64,000 bases of DNA, from NCBI RefSeq assembly GCF_000760515.2, contig NW_013546700.1, positions 1 through 64,000 on the forward strand, read 5' to 3'. The notes under the pieces were generated by a model. It was not told the origin of the DNA and searched no databases. It saw only the letters and a program-made list of their open reading frames with translations. This document shows, in pieces, positions 46,443 to 58,274 of this stretch; the first letter of the stretch is position 1; the number at the start of each line of letters is the position of its first letter. Source of the DNA: Mitosporidium daphniae. Lineage: Eukaryota. The translations under genes were made by a program, and so were the position numbers.

Positions 46443-48093
46443 TCAGCCCTCTGGGGTCTTTGCATCAGTTTCAGGAGTGATCCCGTTTTGATATCCATCG
46501 CTTGTGTGTTCCTTCTCAATATCTTTAACATCGCCCCCATTGACATGATTGTCACCAGTTTCAGGAGGAAAGACACTAGCCTCTGGGGAGCTAGAGCAGT
46601 TATTTCCTTCATAGTGCGTAGCATTCTCACTGTACACAGCACCCGCGGTAGACGGTACTGCATTTGGGCTCGTCATATCGTTGTCCTGCTCGAGAGCAGG
46701 AAGTGGAATGTTCGCAGCGCTCATTGCAGACAGAGCAGCGGTGTGAGCCATTGTCATTTCCACTCCTGCCGAAAGATAATAGTCAAGATAATACTTCAAA
46801 ATGGCTTGCAGCTGCTCCTGGGTATATACTGGCTGGGGATCGGCCTGGTCAAAGTGCTGTTGATACTTTGATGAGGCATAAGGTGTTGTCGTAGTCGGGA
46901 GCAATGTGTAAGTGGTCCCTGAAGTGTCTAGCTGTGCACTGCTAGAGACTTTGTCGTGAATTAACGCTTGTGCGTAGGCAACGCCTTCAGGAGGCCCCGT
47001 GATGGTGATTTCGCGGTTTGGCCTGCCATCCGAGACGGGTGGGTCCACCGTAATCCTGCAGCGCGTCTCTGCCATCATCCACTTGAAGTATTCGCCCTTC
47101 TTTCCGATGACCATGCCTACAACCTCATCAGGCATCACCAGTGAGATTGTAATCTTGCCAATCTCTGCGGAGTTGCCAGCGCTTAAGAGTGGCGTTCGGC
47201 CTTCCAATACATCTTCTAGCATTTGTTTCGCAATCAGAATAGCCTCGTCGGTACCGGATACCGCAATGAAGCGCTCAGTTGAAAAGTCGGGCGTCATAGA
47301 TGCATCAGGCGCGATATATATCCGCGCTTCACTTCGATCCTGAATATCTTTGATGGTCTCACCGCCCCTTCCAATGATCAGTCCGACCTTATTGTTGGGG
47401 ATGAATAGATGCTCCATCGGCAGTATGGTTCCTTTTTCGTCCCGATGGATTGGAACTTGCAGTGAAACGCCATTTGGCAGCTGCACAGGGACAACAGAGC
47501 CTGGTGGCATTGGCGGCGGGGCAGCTCCGGCTGCAATCACCATGGGCGGGCCCTCGTTGATCTTCTCCAGCACGAGACGCTTGCAATGGCCAACGTCGTC
47601 CGGAAGTCCCGTGACGAAAACCTTTCGCTCTGGCATGTCGGCAGGATTGGCCGCAGTCAGGGGAGAAAACGTTATCTTGCAATCGCTCATCCGCTCAAGC
47701 CTTTTGAGGGTTTCTCCATTCTTTCCAATGATCAGCCCCACCTTGAAGCCGGGGACGACAAATTCAATTGTTGTCTTGAGGGCCCTGGGGGCAACACACA
47801 CATTTACGGCGCCATCGGAAGACAGTACCTGACCAGAAGCCAATGCAGCCTTTGCCAGTGCAATTGCTGGATCCGAGAATCCGGGTCTTTTTGAGGAAGA
47901 AAATTCTTCACCCTCGCCATCGCCCTCCGCTGGCCGTTTATTGACTGGATCTATAATGAGCCTAAATTTTGCTGCTACCAATTGCCGATGATTGAGGCAA
48001 GCCTTTCCCTGTCAGTTTTGACGCGATTTCTCGCGCGCGTTTGAGTGCTTCAGTGAAATGCGCAGGTGTTGCGGCATTAGCGCTTTCCGACAT
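46443..48093 (-). CDS. FUBP/KSRP/PSI-like KH-domain RNA-binding protein (3 KH domains), 1 intron
   Basis: Reconstructed N-terminus HFTEALKRAREIASKL matches the FUBP N-box; KH motifs VGLIIGKNGETLK, VGLIIGRGGETIK and VGMVIGKKGE; Tyr-rich KYYLDYY. Confidence 0.85.
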
Positions 48094-48190
48094 ACTTAAA
48101 ATTTTGAATTTACGAAGTTTTAATTAGAGATGGCCACTATGTAATTAAAATTTAATTGATTTTTAATATCGTCGCCGTGTTATCTGGAGA

Positions 48191-48670
48191 CTAGTGTTGC
48201 TTTTCAGACGCCTTAAGATGATTTTGGAGAATCTCCAACACTGGCCGCCTATCGGCCGGCCGGATTGCACCGCAAGCATGGACGAACCAGATGAAGGAAA
48301 CGGTGAGACCAATGGTCAGGACTAGAAGCACCAAAATATGTATGTTGAATTCCACAAATAGTAACAGGGAAAAGAGCAACACACAAAGAAGGATAAAAAC
48401 GACTATCACAAATATGTAGACGGTGTTGTTTATTCCAGGGTTGAGAACCGTTTCAAAGATGTCCAAAATTGGCTGCATAAATATAACGGCCGCTGCAGTA
48501 AATGCCGTAAATTTTATAAAATTCCACGTAAATTTTCGATTTTTCAATATCACCACTTTGGTTTCAGACTGCTGAGCCATGACATTACCGCATTGGTCAA
48601 CTCCGTATATGTGCCGAATCCTCTCTCTGCCCTTTTCTCGCTTTCCATTATTTTTAAGATCTGCAATCAT
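48191..48670 (-). CDS. Small orphan membrane protein (3 TM); start at ATG 48670 or 48580
   Basis: Open frame with three strongly hydrophobic helices. Confidence 0.55.
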   Translation of the reverse strand: MIADLKNNGKREKGRERIRHIYGVDQCGNVMAQQSETKVVILKNRKFTWNFIKFTAFTAAAVIFMQPILDIFETVLNPGINNTVYIFVIVVFILLCVLLFSLLLFVEFNIHILVLLVLTIGLTVSFIWFVHACGAIRPADRRPVLEILQNHLKASEKQH

Positions 48671-48677
48671 TCTTCTT

Positions 48678-49818
48678 ATGTTCAAACTCGATTATTTTCT
48701 GATTAAACAATACACAAACTACCCCAGATGTGGTTCATCTCTGCTAGCGTTGAGAAGATTCTTCAGCATGTTGGCATATGTGTTCACAGGCTCCTCGAAA
48801 ATCCACAGAATCATATTTCTTGTAAATAATAACAAAACTGGTATAGTTTAAGTCTAATTCAACGTAGATCTTCCGGTGGGAAGCCTGTTGTTTGCGCTTG
48901 AATTTTCGCTTGAGCATTCGGTATCATTCAAGTGGCCCAAGAAAACATTCGATTCGTCTGCGCCAGCGGCGCTTTCAAATAAAAATGAATTGGGTGCATC
49001 CGCGTCATCTTTAGATGATCCAAAATCTCCTTCGGCTTCTCTAGATGGCCTTACGCCAAATGTATCGTCTCTGAAGACCGAGATTCTTCGTCAAAAAGAA
49101 CTAAACTCTCAACAAAAATATAGACCAGAATGTATGGATGTTGGTCACCTGAAGGCTGAAATATCGCCTCAAGCTGGGCTTGGTTTTATTAAAGTCACTG
49201 ATTGGTAGATTTCTTGGGGTCTCTCATTACAACAATGATCGATGTGATGGAGAGGAAATTTGAAATCCTTTTGTCAACAGAACCTGAAAAGCCGGCAACA
49301 GACTCCCTCTGGAATTCTTATTTTCCAAATGAAAAAGAAAAATCCTGGACACATCTTGGCTTCCAGAGAAATGAATCGCCATTAACAGATTTTAGGGGGA
49401 CGAAATCATTGGGACTTCATCAGTTAATGTAGGACATCTCCTCTCAAGGATCACAAATAGGTTCTTTGGGTCTGCCTATGCTTCTGATGCGAAAAGGCTG
49501 CTACTTGAGGCAAATGGGAACAATCCGCAAACCGTCAAGTACTGAGAAAATTTTATTTTTAGCTATCCGTTTGCCCTCGTTGGTATTACCATATCGCAAC
49601 TCATTGTCCATATCAAGAAGGAGAGGTTGTGCAGAGAATGGCTCTATTCAACCCTGCTTAGAAATCAAGAACTTTCGCCCTTTGATGCTCTGTATGCTGA
49701 ATGTTTTAAGAAATTTCATAAATTCTGGCTTCCCGGCGAAGGGAGAAAAAAAGATTTGATGCAATTTAGCACCCTGTTTTCGCAGTTTACAAGTTTGTTT
49801 CTATTGAAATTTAATTGA
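48678..49818 (+). CDS. ELMO domain-containing protein (ELMOD family), several introns
   Basis: FTGSSKIHRII N-terminus, WTHLGFQRNESPLTDFRG..GLHQL, YPFALVGITI and FKKFHKFW..LMQF. Confidence 0.85.
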
Positions 49819-49914
49819 AATCACTAAAATTTATCTTTCACATTACAAAGCTCAGAAAATTTAACCTTAAATGGACGTACAATTAATTTAGAAAATTCGT
49901 CGATTTGAACGTCC

Positions 49915-50573
49915 ATGTCATTGAAATCTTCTACAGGGGCATCCCGGCACCCGCTTTCTCAGGCACTCGACGAGGCGTATTATAGAGGCGCCCTTGACGG
50001 ACTGCTTGCCTTTTTTGCAGCAACTGGCTTCTCTATTTTGGGACATCGGTATGTCCCATTTTATCGAGGATTTAATCTGCCAGCAAAAGGAATCTTCGTC
50101 ACTAGCATTGCGGTATCCACATCTGTGATCCAGGCAGAAAGATATATGGAAAAGGCATATAAACGGTTTCAACAAACATCTGATAAAGATACGGAGGCAG
50201 ATAAAACTTTCCGCCTTTCGGATCAGAATTTAAGTGGAGGCAAGGGAATCCAGAACGAAAAAGGCTTGGAGAGCACCCCACATGATGCTAGCTCGCCTTA
50301 TAACCAAGCTCTTGGGTTCATTCTTTCAAGAGAATCTCTTGGTAACGCTCATATCCATTTTATCCGAAAATAGTGATGCTGACATTCGGGTCCTTTCTCG
50401 GAATGGGCCTATGGCTAAATAGGAAGAAGGAGCCCTTTACAAACGCCTTTTGCCATATGCGATTGTTTTCTCAAGGACTAGCTCTTGCTGCGATCGTCGG
50501 GCCTGCAGCATACCTTTCGGTTACCTCTAGGAAAAAAAAAGAGGATTCCCGATTTATTGTCAATAGTAAATAA
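49915..50573 (+). CDS. RCF2: Respiratory supercomplex factor 2-like HIG1-domain protein, 1 intron
   Basis: RYVPFYRGFNLPAKGIFVTS and C-terminal HMRLFSQGLALAAIVG (HIG1 motif). Confidence 0.75.
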
Positions 50574-50619
50574 TGAGCGCTCGATTTCTGCGACACAGCC
50601 GTTGAAAACGCTAGGCCAT

Positions 50620-51037
50620 TCAATTTTCAATAGTCTGCGTCGAATTTTTTTGGTCGGCCTTTAATGGGATTTCCCCCAATGATTGGTTAAGCTGCTCCTT
50701 CGATGGACACTTTGGCAAAGCTAAACCCACCATGGCGGCAGTTTTGACAAGATGCTCATGATCCATGGTATCCTTTGGAATGTTTACAACACATTCCTCA
50801 TACAGCGTCTAAAAATTAATAGACAGTTTCAATACCAAAAACTTGATTCTGCTTTCTAAATATGGAAGAAAGTGGGGAATCGATTTTGGTGAACGGTCTA
50901 AGGGGTGAAAGTTGGATTTAAGACATACCAAGAAAAGTCAGAAAATTATTACAAGTTTGCACACGATGCTGGTCTTTCACCTAAGATGACACAGCGGCAC
51001 TTACATGGCCATAGAGCAGCTGTGCAACTCGTTTCAT
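50620..51037 (-). CDS. FMC1: FMC1-like ATP synthase assembly factor (111 aa; introns 50981-51004, 50898-50928, 50809-50835)
   Basis: Manual splicing gives ...FLPYLESRIKFLTLYEE...EHLVKTAAMVGLALPK, resembling the Fmc1/C7orf55 C-terminal VGLxLP motif. Confidence 0.65.
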
Positions 51038-51154
51038 GGTGGGGGAAATCACAGGACGGAGGAATCGGAAAATTAAATTTACAAAATTAAAATTTACTTT
51101 CCCATCCGCAACACATCATCATCACCTCCTCCATTACTACCAACTTGACCATCC

Positions 51155-53462
<2,308 letters not shown>

Positions 53463-53521
53463 TGATCATCGTGGTGGAGCGTCGTTTTATAAACTTTCAA
53501 ATTTAATTTTTGCTTTGGATA

Positions 53522-54304
53522 ATGGATGGTTCGGTTAGAGAAAAAGTCGAGTTCTTTGTCCGGGAAAAGATGCAGCATAATGATCCATCCCACGATTGGT
53601 TGCATGTTGAGCGCGTCAGGAGCAGAGCTCTTGCGCTTGCCAACAGACTAAATGGGATACTGCTTGCGGGCAATTGGAGGGCAGATCAAATTTTATCTCC
53701 CAATTATTTGGCTTTGCTCCCCGTAGTTGGTGAGGGAGGATTCCCTGTAAACATTAACTTGACCATAGTTGAGCTTTCAGCTCTTCTTCATGACGTAGCT
53801 GACCCAAAGTACTATTCTGGTTCCTTGGATCAATCGCAATCCATGATCAGGGACGTCCTTTCACCCCAAGTTTGTATGGAGGAGCAGGAAAAAATTCTCT
53901 TCATCATTAACGGCATTTCATTTAGGAAAGAGTTGGAAAGTCCCAACACGTTTTCTGATCTGCTAAATTTACATGATCTTCCGTTGGCCCTTGCCTTTGC
54001 ATGCGTGCAGGATGCAGATCGTCTAGATGCATTGGGCGCAATTGGAATTGCTCGTTGCTTTGCATATGGATCCATTTTTGGAACGCCGTTTTACTCTTCT
54101 GAGCAGCCAAAGGAGTTGATCACCTTTGAGGAATACGTGGGAAAAGACACAAACAGCTCGTCCATCAACCACTTTCACGAAAAGCTGCTAAAGCTACACA
54201 GCTTGGTCAAAACAGCCCCCGGCTTTGTTGCTGCAAAAGAGCGAACAGAAACGATGAAGTTTTTCGTGCAAAAATTTTCCTCCGAAATCTCAAGCAATGA
54301 GTAA
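53522..54304 (+). CDS. HD-domain metal-dependent phosphohydrolase (YpgQ/YedJ-like)
   Basis: SHDWLHVERV, LLHDVAD, VQDADRLDALGAIGIARCF and NHFHEKLLKL. Confidence 0.9.
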   Translation: MDGSVREKVEFFVREKMQHNDPSHDWLHVERVRSRALALANRLNGILLAGNWRADQILSPNYLALLPVVGEGGFPVNINLTIVELSALLHDVADPKYYSGSLDQSQSMIRDVLSPQVCMEEQEKILFIINGISFRKELESPNTFSDLLNLHDLPLALAFACVQDADRLDALGAIGIARCFAYGSIFGTPFYSSEQPKELITFEEYVGKDTNSSSINHFHEKLLKLHSLVKTAPGFVAAKERTETMKFFVQKFSSEISSNE

Positions 54305-54457
54305 GAAATCTTTATGTGTAAGCACGCAAGCTAGCTGTCCGCACTGAACATGGTGTTTAATAAATACACGCGCAACAAATAATTTGTGCACTTGGAAGGT
54401 ATTCGCATGGTACCGATGCTTTTAAGCCAATCGGAGGAAGAGGCCATCAGATTTTGT

Positions 54458-54939
54458 CTAATGTTTTGGTGGCTTGTACCCGTCAACGGCGATGTTGCGA
54501 GTGGCTGCCGGGATTTTTGCAACCATACCTTCAATGGATGGGTCAAGCTTAACCTGACAGCCCAGTCTCGAGGTTTCAGTAAGCCCAAATGCCAAGTCCA
54601 ACATGTCGTTCTCCTCGTCAGAGGCTTCAGGGAGCACATCATAAGTCCGTTTGTCCAAAATCACATGGCATGTGGAGCAAGCAAGAGAGCCATCGCAAGC
54701 ACCTAGTATCAAAATGGGCGGAAAGTCTGCGTACCTTCAAGTTCGACGTCGTTTTCATGGGCAAGGGAGAGCAGAGTTTGGCCTGCGTTTCCCTGAACGG
54801 CAACTTCCCTTGCTGGTGCACCAGTAACTCGATCCAGAGGAATTATAAAAGTGGCACGGATCCTACACTGTTACGAGAGCGAAACCACACACGGTGACGA
54901 AAATCTTCTAAGCGCAAGCAGACCAACAACAGCGTTCAT
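54458..54939 (-). CDS. YAH1: Mitochondrial 2Fe-2S ferredoxin (adrenodoxin/Yah1), 2 introns
   Basis: Presequence MNAVVGLLALRRFSS, EGACDGSLACSTCHV and ENDMLDLAFGLTETSRLGCQ. Confidence 0.96.
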
Positions 54940-54980
54940 AAAGTTTTCGAGTAAAATTTATTTCCAAATCGCTGTGCATA

Positions 54981-55598
54981 TTATTTGTCAACAACGAGGG
55001 GAAAAGCAAGACGATCCCAGCACGCTGCAAAAAGCAATCCCACAAAAAAGCCGGTGAAAACTTGGTACAAATAATGGTATTCAAGATATATCCTTGAAAG
55101 CGCGACAAGAGGCACAAGGCCAGTCAGCACAGTGGCGTCTAAGATTGCTATAAGCGTCGGGGTTTTCCTCCTTTTGGAATAAAGTCGCCTCAGGCACATG
55201 TATGCAAAAAACGTGATAAACTGCGTATGGCTTGATGGATTTCCAAAATCAAAGCCGTGCCTGTCTGAGGCCAATGGACGCTCGCCCTTTAGCAGGTCCT
55301 TCAGAAGCACGGCCAAAAACTCGCAGAACACCTGCCCAAGCAGAATATAACAAAGCCAGCGCAGAAATACGTACGGGTTATTTTCATACCAAATCCAGAC
55401 AACGACAGTGTGTGGCGGCGATACTTTATTGGCGCTCTCCGTTGAATACAAAATGTAGATGTAAATTGAATACAGAACCACCATCGCGCCAATGAAGAAG
55501 AGAATAAAGGTCGGCAGGGCGCTAATCCAGGCCAGCAGATAACCGAGGCGATCGGAATTTTCAAACGTCACGTAAAGCATGGAGAGCGGAACGCGCAT
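54981..55598 (-). CDS. CAX4: Dolichyl pyrophosphate phosphatase (PAP2 family; Cax4/DOLPP1)
   Basis: LKDLLKGERP, GNPSSHTQF and SRIYLEYHYLYQVFTG. Confidence 0.9.
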   Translation of the reverse strand: MRVPLSMLYVTFENSDRLGYLLAWISALPTFILFFIGAMVVLYSIYIYILYSTESANKVSPPHTVVVWIWYENNPYVFLRWLCYILLGQVFCEFLAVLLKDLLKGERPLASDRHGFDFGNPSSHTQFITFFAYMCLRRLYSKRRKTPTLIAILDATVLTGLVPLVALSRIYLEYHYLYQVFTGFFVGLLFAACWDRLAFPLVVDK

Positions 55599-56028
55599 CA
55601 AGAAAAATATAAATTTAAACGTGCAATGCCGGCCACTTAAAAATACCGATGTCACTGTCCCTCCTCTTCAACACACAAAATATCGTATTGGCTGCGATTC
55701 ACCACTCGCACTGGGGCTACCAAGTGATGAACTAGAAAAGCCATGAGCCGTTCTCCATGCACTTGAGGTCATTGTCTCATCTCACAAGCCAATTGCAGTG
55801 TCCAATTTTCACTACAGATGCATGTGTGAAAATTTGCAATCAAATGATATGTCGTATTGGAGCTTCCGCTTTATTTGTGTGTATTGGATGTCTGTTGGGC
55901 GAGACATCCACATGTCGCCTGTGTTTTCCCCACATGCCATTTTTATTTCGGAGCTTTATACCATGTAGTACGGAATCGAAATCAATTGGGCAAGGGAAAA
56001 ATCAAAATTAAGGTCAAAGAGAGTGTGT

Positions 56029-56670
56029 TTATAAACCGCTGATTTCACAGGTGCCGCCTCCAACATTTGAAAATTCATCTTCTGAATCGTTATTCAGAAA
56101 CAAGGCCAGATCGTCCTCGTTCTTATGGTACATGTGAGAGTATAATAAGATGGAACCCATCATCAGGACAGCACCTAATGATGAAAGGAGGGCAGCATCG
56201 CCCCCAATGCTGGTCGAGACAAGAAACCAAAAGAGAGGAACGACTAGTGAGAGAATAATCAGGGCCAGTGATAATATCTGTGCACCAAGCCAAATTTCCC
56301 AGTTCCTTTCAGATATATTGTCCAACGGCGTGAACAGCAGGCAAAGAGTCCCCAGACCAGGGATCATGACTGTTTTTGTGGAGGATGTGATCGAAGCGCA
56401 TCTATCATTTCCGGAAGAAATATACTCTTCTTCTTGGTCCTCGTCCTCGGCCTCTTCTTCTTCCTCTTCCTTTTTCAAGTCCTCTTTCATAAGAATATAC
56501 CCTATCCGACCAGGAAACGGGATTGAGATGCTCAACAATGCCACAATCATCATTGTCCAGTCCCCACTTCTAGATGCTGCAATGAGAATACAGATGAAGC
56601 CAGCAGCCAGCATAAAGGAAAGCGAAATGAGCCCCAACACGCGGACCTTTTCGGCCATAAGCGGGTGCAT
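56029..56670 (-). CDS. VPS55: Vps55/OB-RGRP-like 4-TM protein with an acidic loop insertion
   Basis: LISLSFMLAAGFICILIA..IPFP N-terminal pattern and four TM helices. Confidence 0.6.
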   Translation of the reverse strand: MHPLMAEKVRVLGLISLSFMLAAGFICILIAASRSGDWTMMIVALLSISIPFPGRIGYILMKEDLKKEEEEEEAEDEDQEEEYISSGNDRCASITSSTKTVMIPGLGTLCLLFTPLDNISERNWEIWLGAQILSLALIILSLVVPLFWFLVSTSIGGDAALLSSLGAVLMMGSILLYSHMYHKNEDDLALFLNNDSEDEFSNVGGGTCEISGL

Positions 56671-56761
56671 TGGCAGTAAAATTAAAATGGGCTGAAGAAT
56701 TGAATTTAAAATTTAAAATCAGAAAATCTAAATCCAGCATTTTAGGATTGAACTTGCCACG

Positions 56762-58117
56762 ATGCCACCCATCCTCATCCCAAGGCTTCGTTTTCTTCGC
56801 GTGCTGTATGCACGTCGACACCAGTCTTCGCTTCCTTCTTTTGGATTTGAGTTAAAGCGCCCAACATGCAATGATGACCGTCCAATTTACTTTGACGTGC
56901 AGGCCACTACAAACATCGACCCGCGCGTTCTTGATGCCATGCTTCCGTGGATGACTTACGGATTCGGAAATCCGCACTCCAGAACACACGCATATGGCTG
57001 GGAAACCGAGGCTGCTGTAGAAGAAGCAAGAACATCTGTGGCCTCGCTCATTGGGGCAAGCACGCCGTCAGAAATCATTTTCACTTCCGGAGCTACCGAG
57101 TCTGTAAACATGGCCATCAGAGGTATTGTGCGCTTTTATGGCAGCACTACGCAAGTTCCACACATCATCACTTCGGTCGTTGAGCACAAGTGTGTGCTAG
57201 ATACATGCCGATTTCTGGAAGAGGCCGGGGAAGCCACAATCACTTACCTTCCCGTCAACAAACAAGGCATAGTCGATGTTGAGAGTGTGAAAGGCGCTCT
57301 ACGGCCAGAAACCCGTCTCATCTCCATCATGGCTATTAATAACGAAATTGGGTCTATTCAGCCGATCACGGAAATCGGGCGTGTCGCTCGATCTCATGGT
57401 GCCTTTTTCCATTGCGATGCCGCTCAAGCCGTTGGAAAGATCCCGATTGATGTTGAAAAGTCATTTATCGATTTACTTTCCATTTCCGGGCACAAAATCT
57501 ACGGACCCAAAGGTGTAGGAGCTCTTTTTATCCGACGTCGTCCCCGTGTTCGTTTGACACCGCTATTCACGGGTGGGAGCCAGGAGCGGTCATTGAGATC
57601 CGGTACCATACCCGCGCCTCTTGTTATCGGCCTTGGGGCTGCGTTTCGTGTCGCTGCTCAGGAGATGGATGCCGATATAAAACACATCGATCACCTTTCC
57701 AACCGCCTCATCCGCGGTCTGTTTGACCAACTTCCGATGATCGAGCGCAATGGTGCAGTTTCTTCAGATGGGACTTCAAATGCTTCCCTTTATCCAGGAT
57801 GTGTCAACATTTCCTTCAGCTGTGTCGAGGGCGAATCTTTGCTGATGGCACTTAAAGATGTTGCGTGTTCATCAGGCTCTGCTTGCACCTCGGCTTCGCT
57901 GGAGCCCTCTTATGTGCTTCGAGCCCTCGGCACTGAAGAAGACATGGCCCATTCCTCCATCCGCTTCGGAATTGGGCGCTTCACCACCAGGGATGAGGTA
58001 GATGCTGTCACCCAACGAACAGTGCGTCATGTGCGGCGGTTGCGGGAAATCTCCCCACTCTGGGAAATGATACAACAAGGCATTGATCTCCGTAAGATCC
58101 AATGGACTGGGCATTAA
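56762..58117 (+). CDS. NFS1: Mitochondrial cysteine desulfurase
   Basis: RPIYFDVQATT, GNPHSRTHAYGWE, SISGHKIYGPKG and SSGSACTSASLEPSYVL. Confidence 0.98.
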   Translation: MPPILIPRLRFLRVLYARRHQSSLPSFGFELKRPTCNDDRPIYFDVQATTNIDPRVLDAMLPWMTYGFGNPHSRTHAYGWETEAAVEEARTSVASLIGASTPSEIIFTSGATESVNMAIRGIVRFYGSTTQVPHIITSVVEHKCVLDTCRFLEEAGEATITYLPVNKQGIVDVESVKGALRPETRLISIMAINNEIGSIQPITEIGRVARSHGAFFHCDAAQAVGKIPIDVEKSFIDLLSISGHKIYGPKGVGALFIRRRPRVRLTPLFTGGSQERSLRSGTIPAPLVIGLGAAFRVAAQEMDADIKHIDHLSNRLIRGLFDQLPMIERNGAVSSDGTSNASLYPGCVNISFSCVEGESLLMALKDVACSSGSACTSASLEPSYVLRALGTEEDMAHSSIRFGIGRFTTRDEVDAVTQRTVRHVRRLREISPLWEMIQQGIDLRKIQWTGH

Positions 58118-58274
58118 TCGATTGCTGCTCCTTCAAATAACCTCCCGTCTGGATAGAGTAAAAATACACTAAATTATCCCCATTTAATTTACGAGCCCCA
58201 AAGTGGCTGGGAAGTCGTTGTAACGCCTATGTTGATCACTTTATTGCTAAGAGATCGTCAGGTCCTTCCCGGTC

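Noticed and set aside
53522..54304. Intronless HD hydrolase as a bacterial horizontal transfer
   Set aside because: YpgQ-like HD proteins also occur in eukaryotes, composition looks like its neighbours, and several native genes here are intronless; a phylogeny would be needed.
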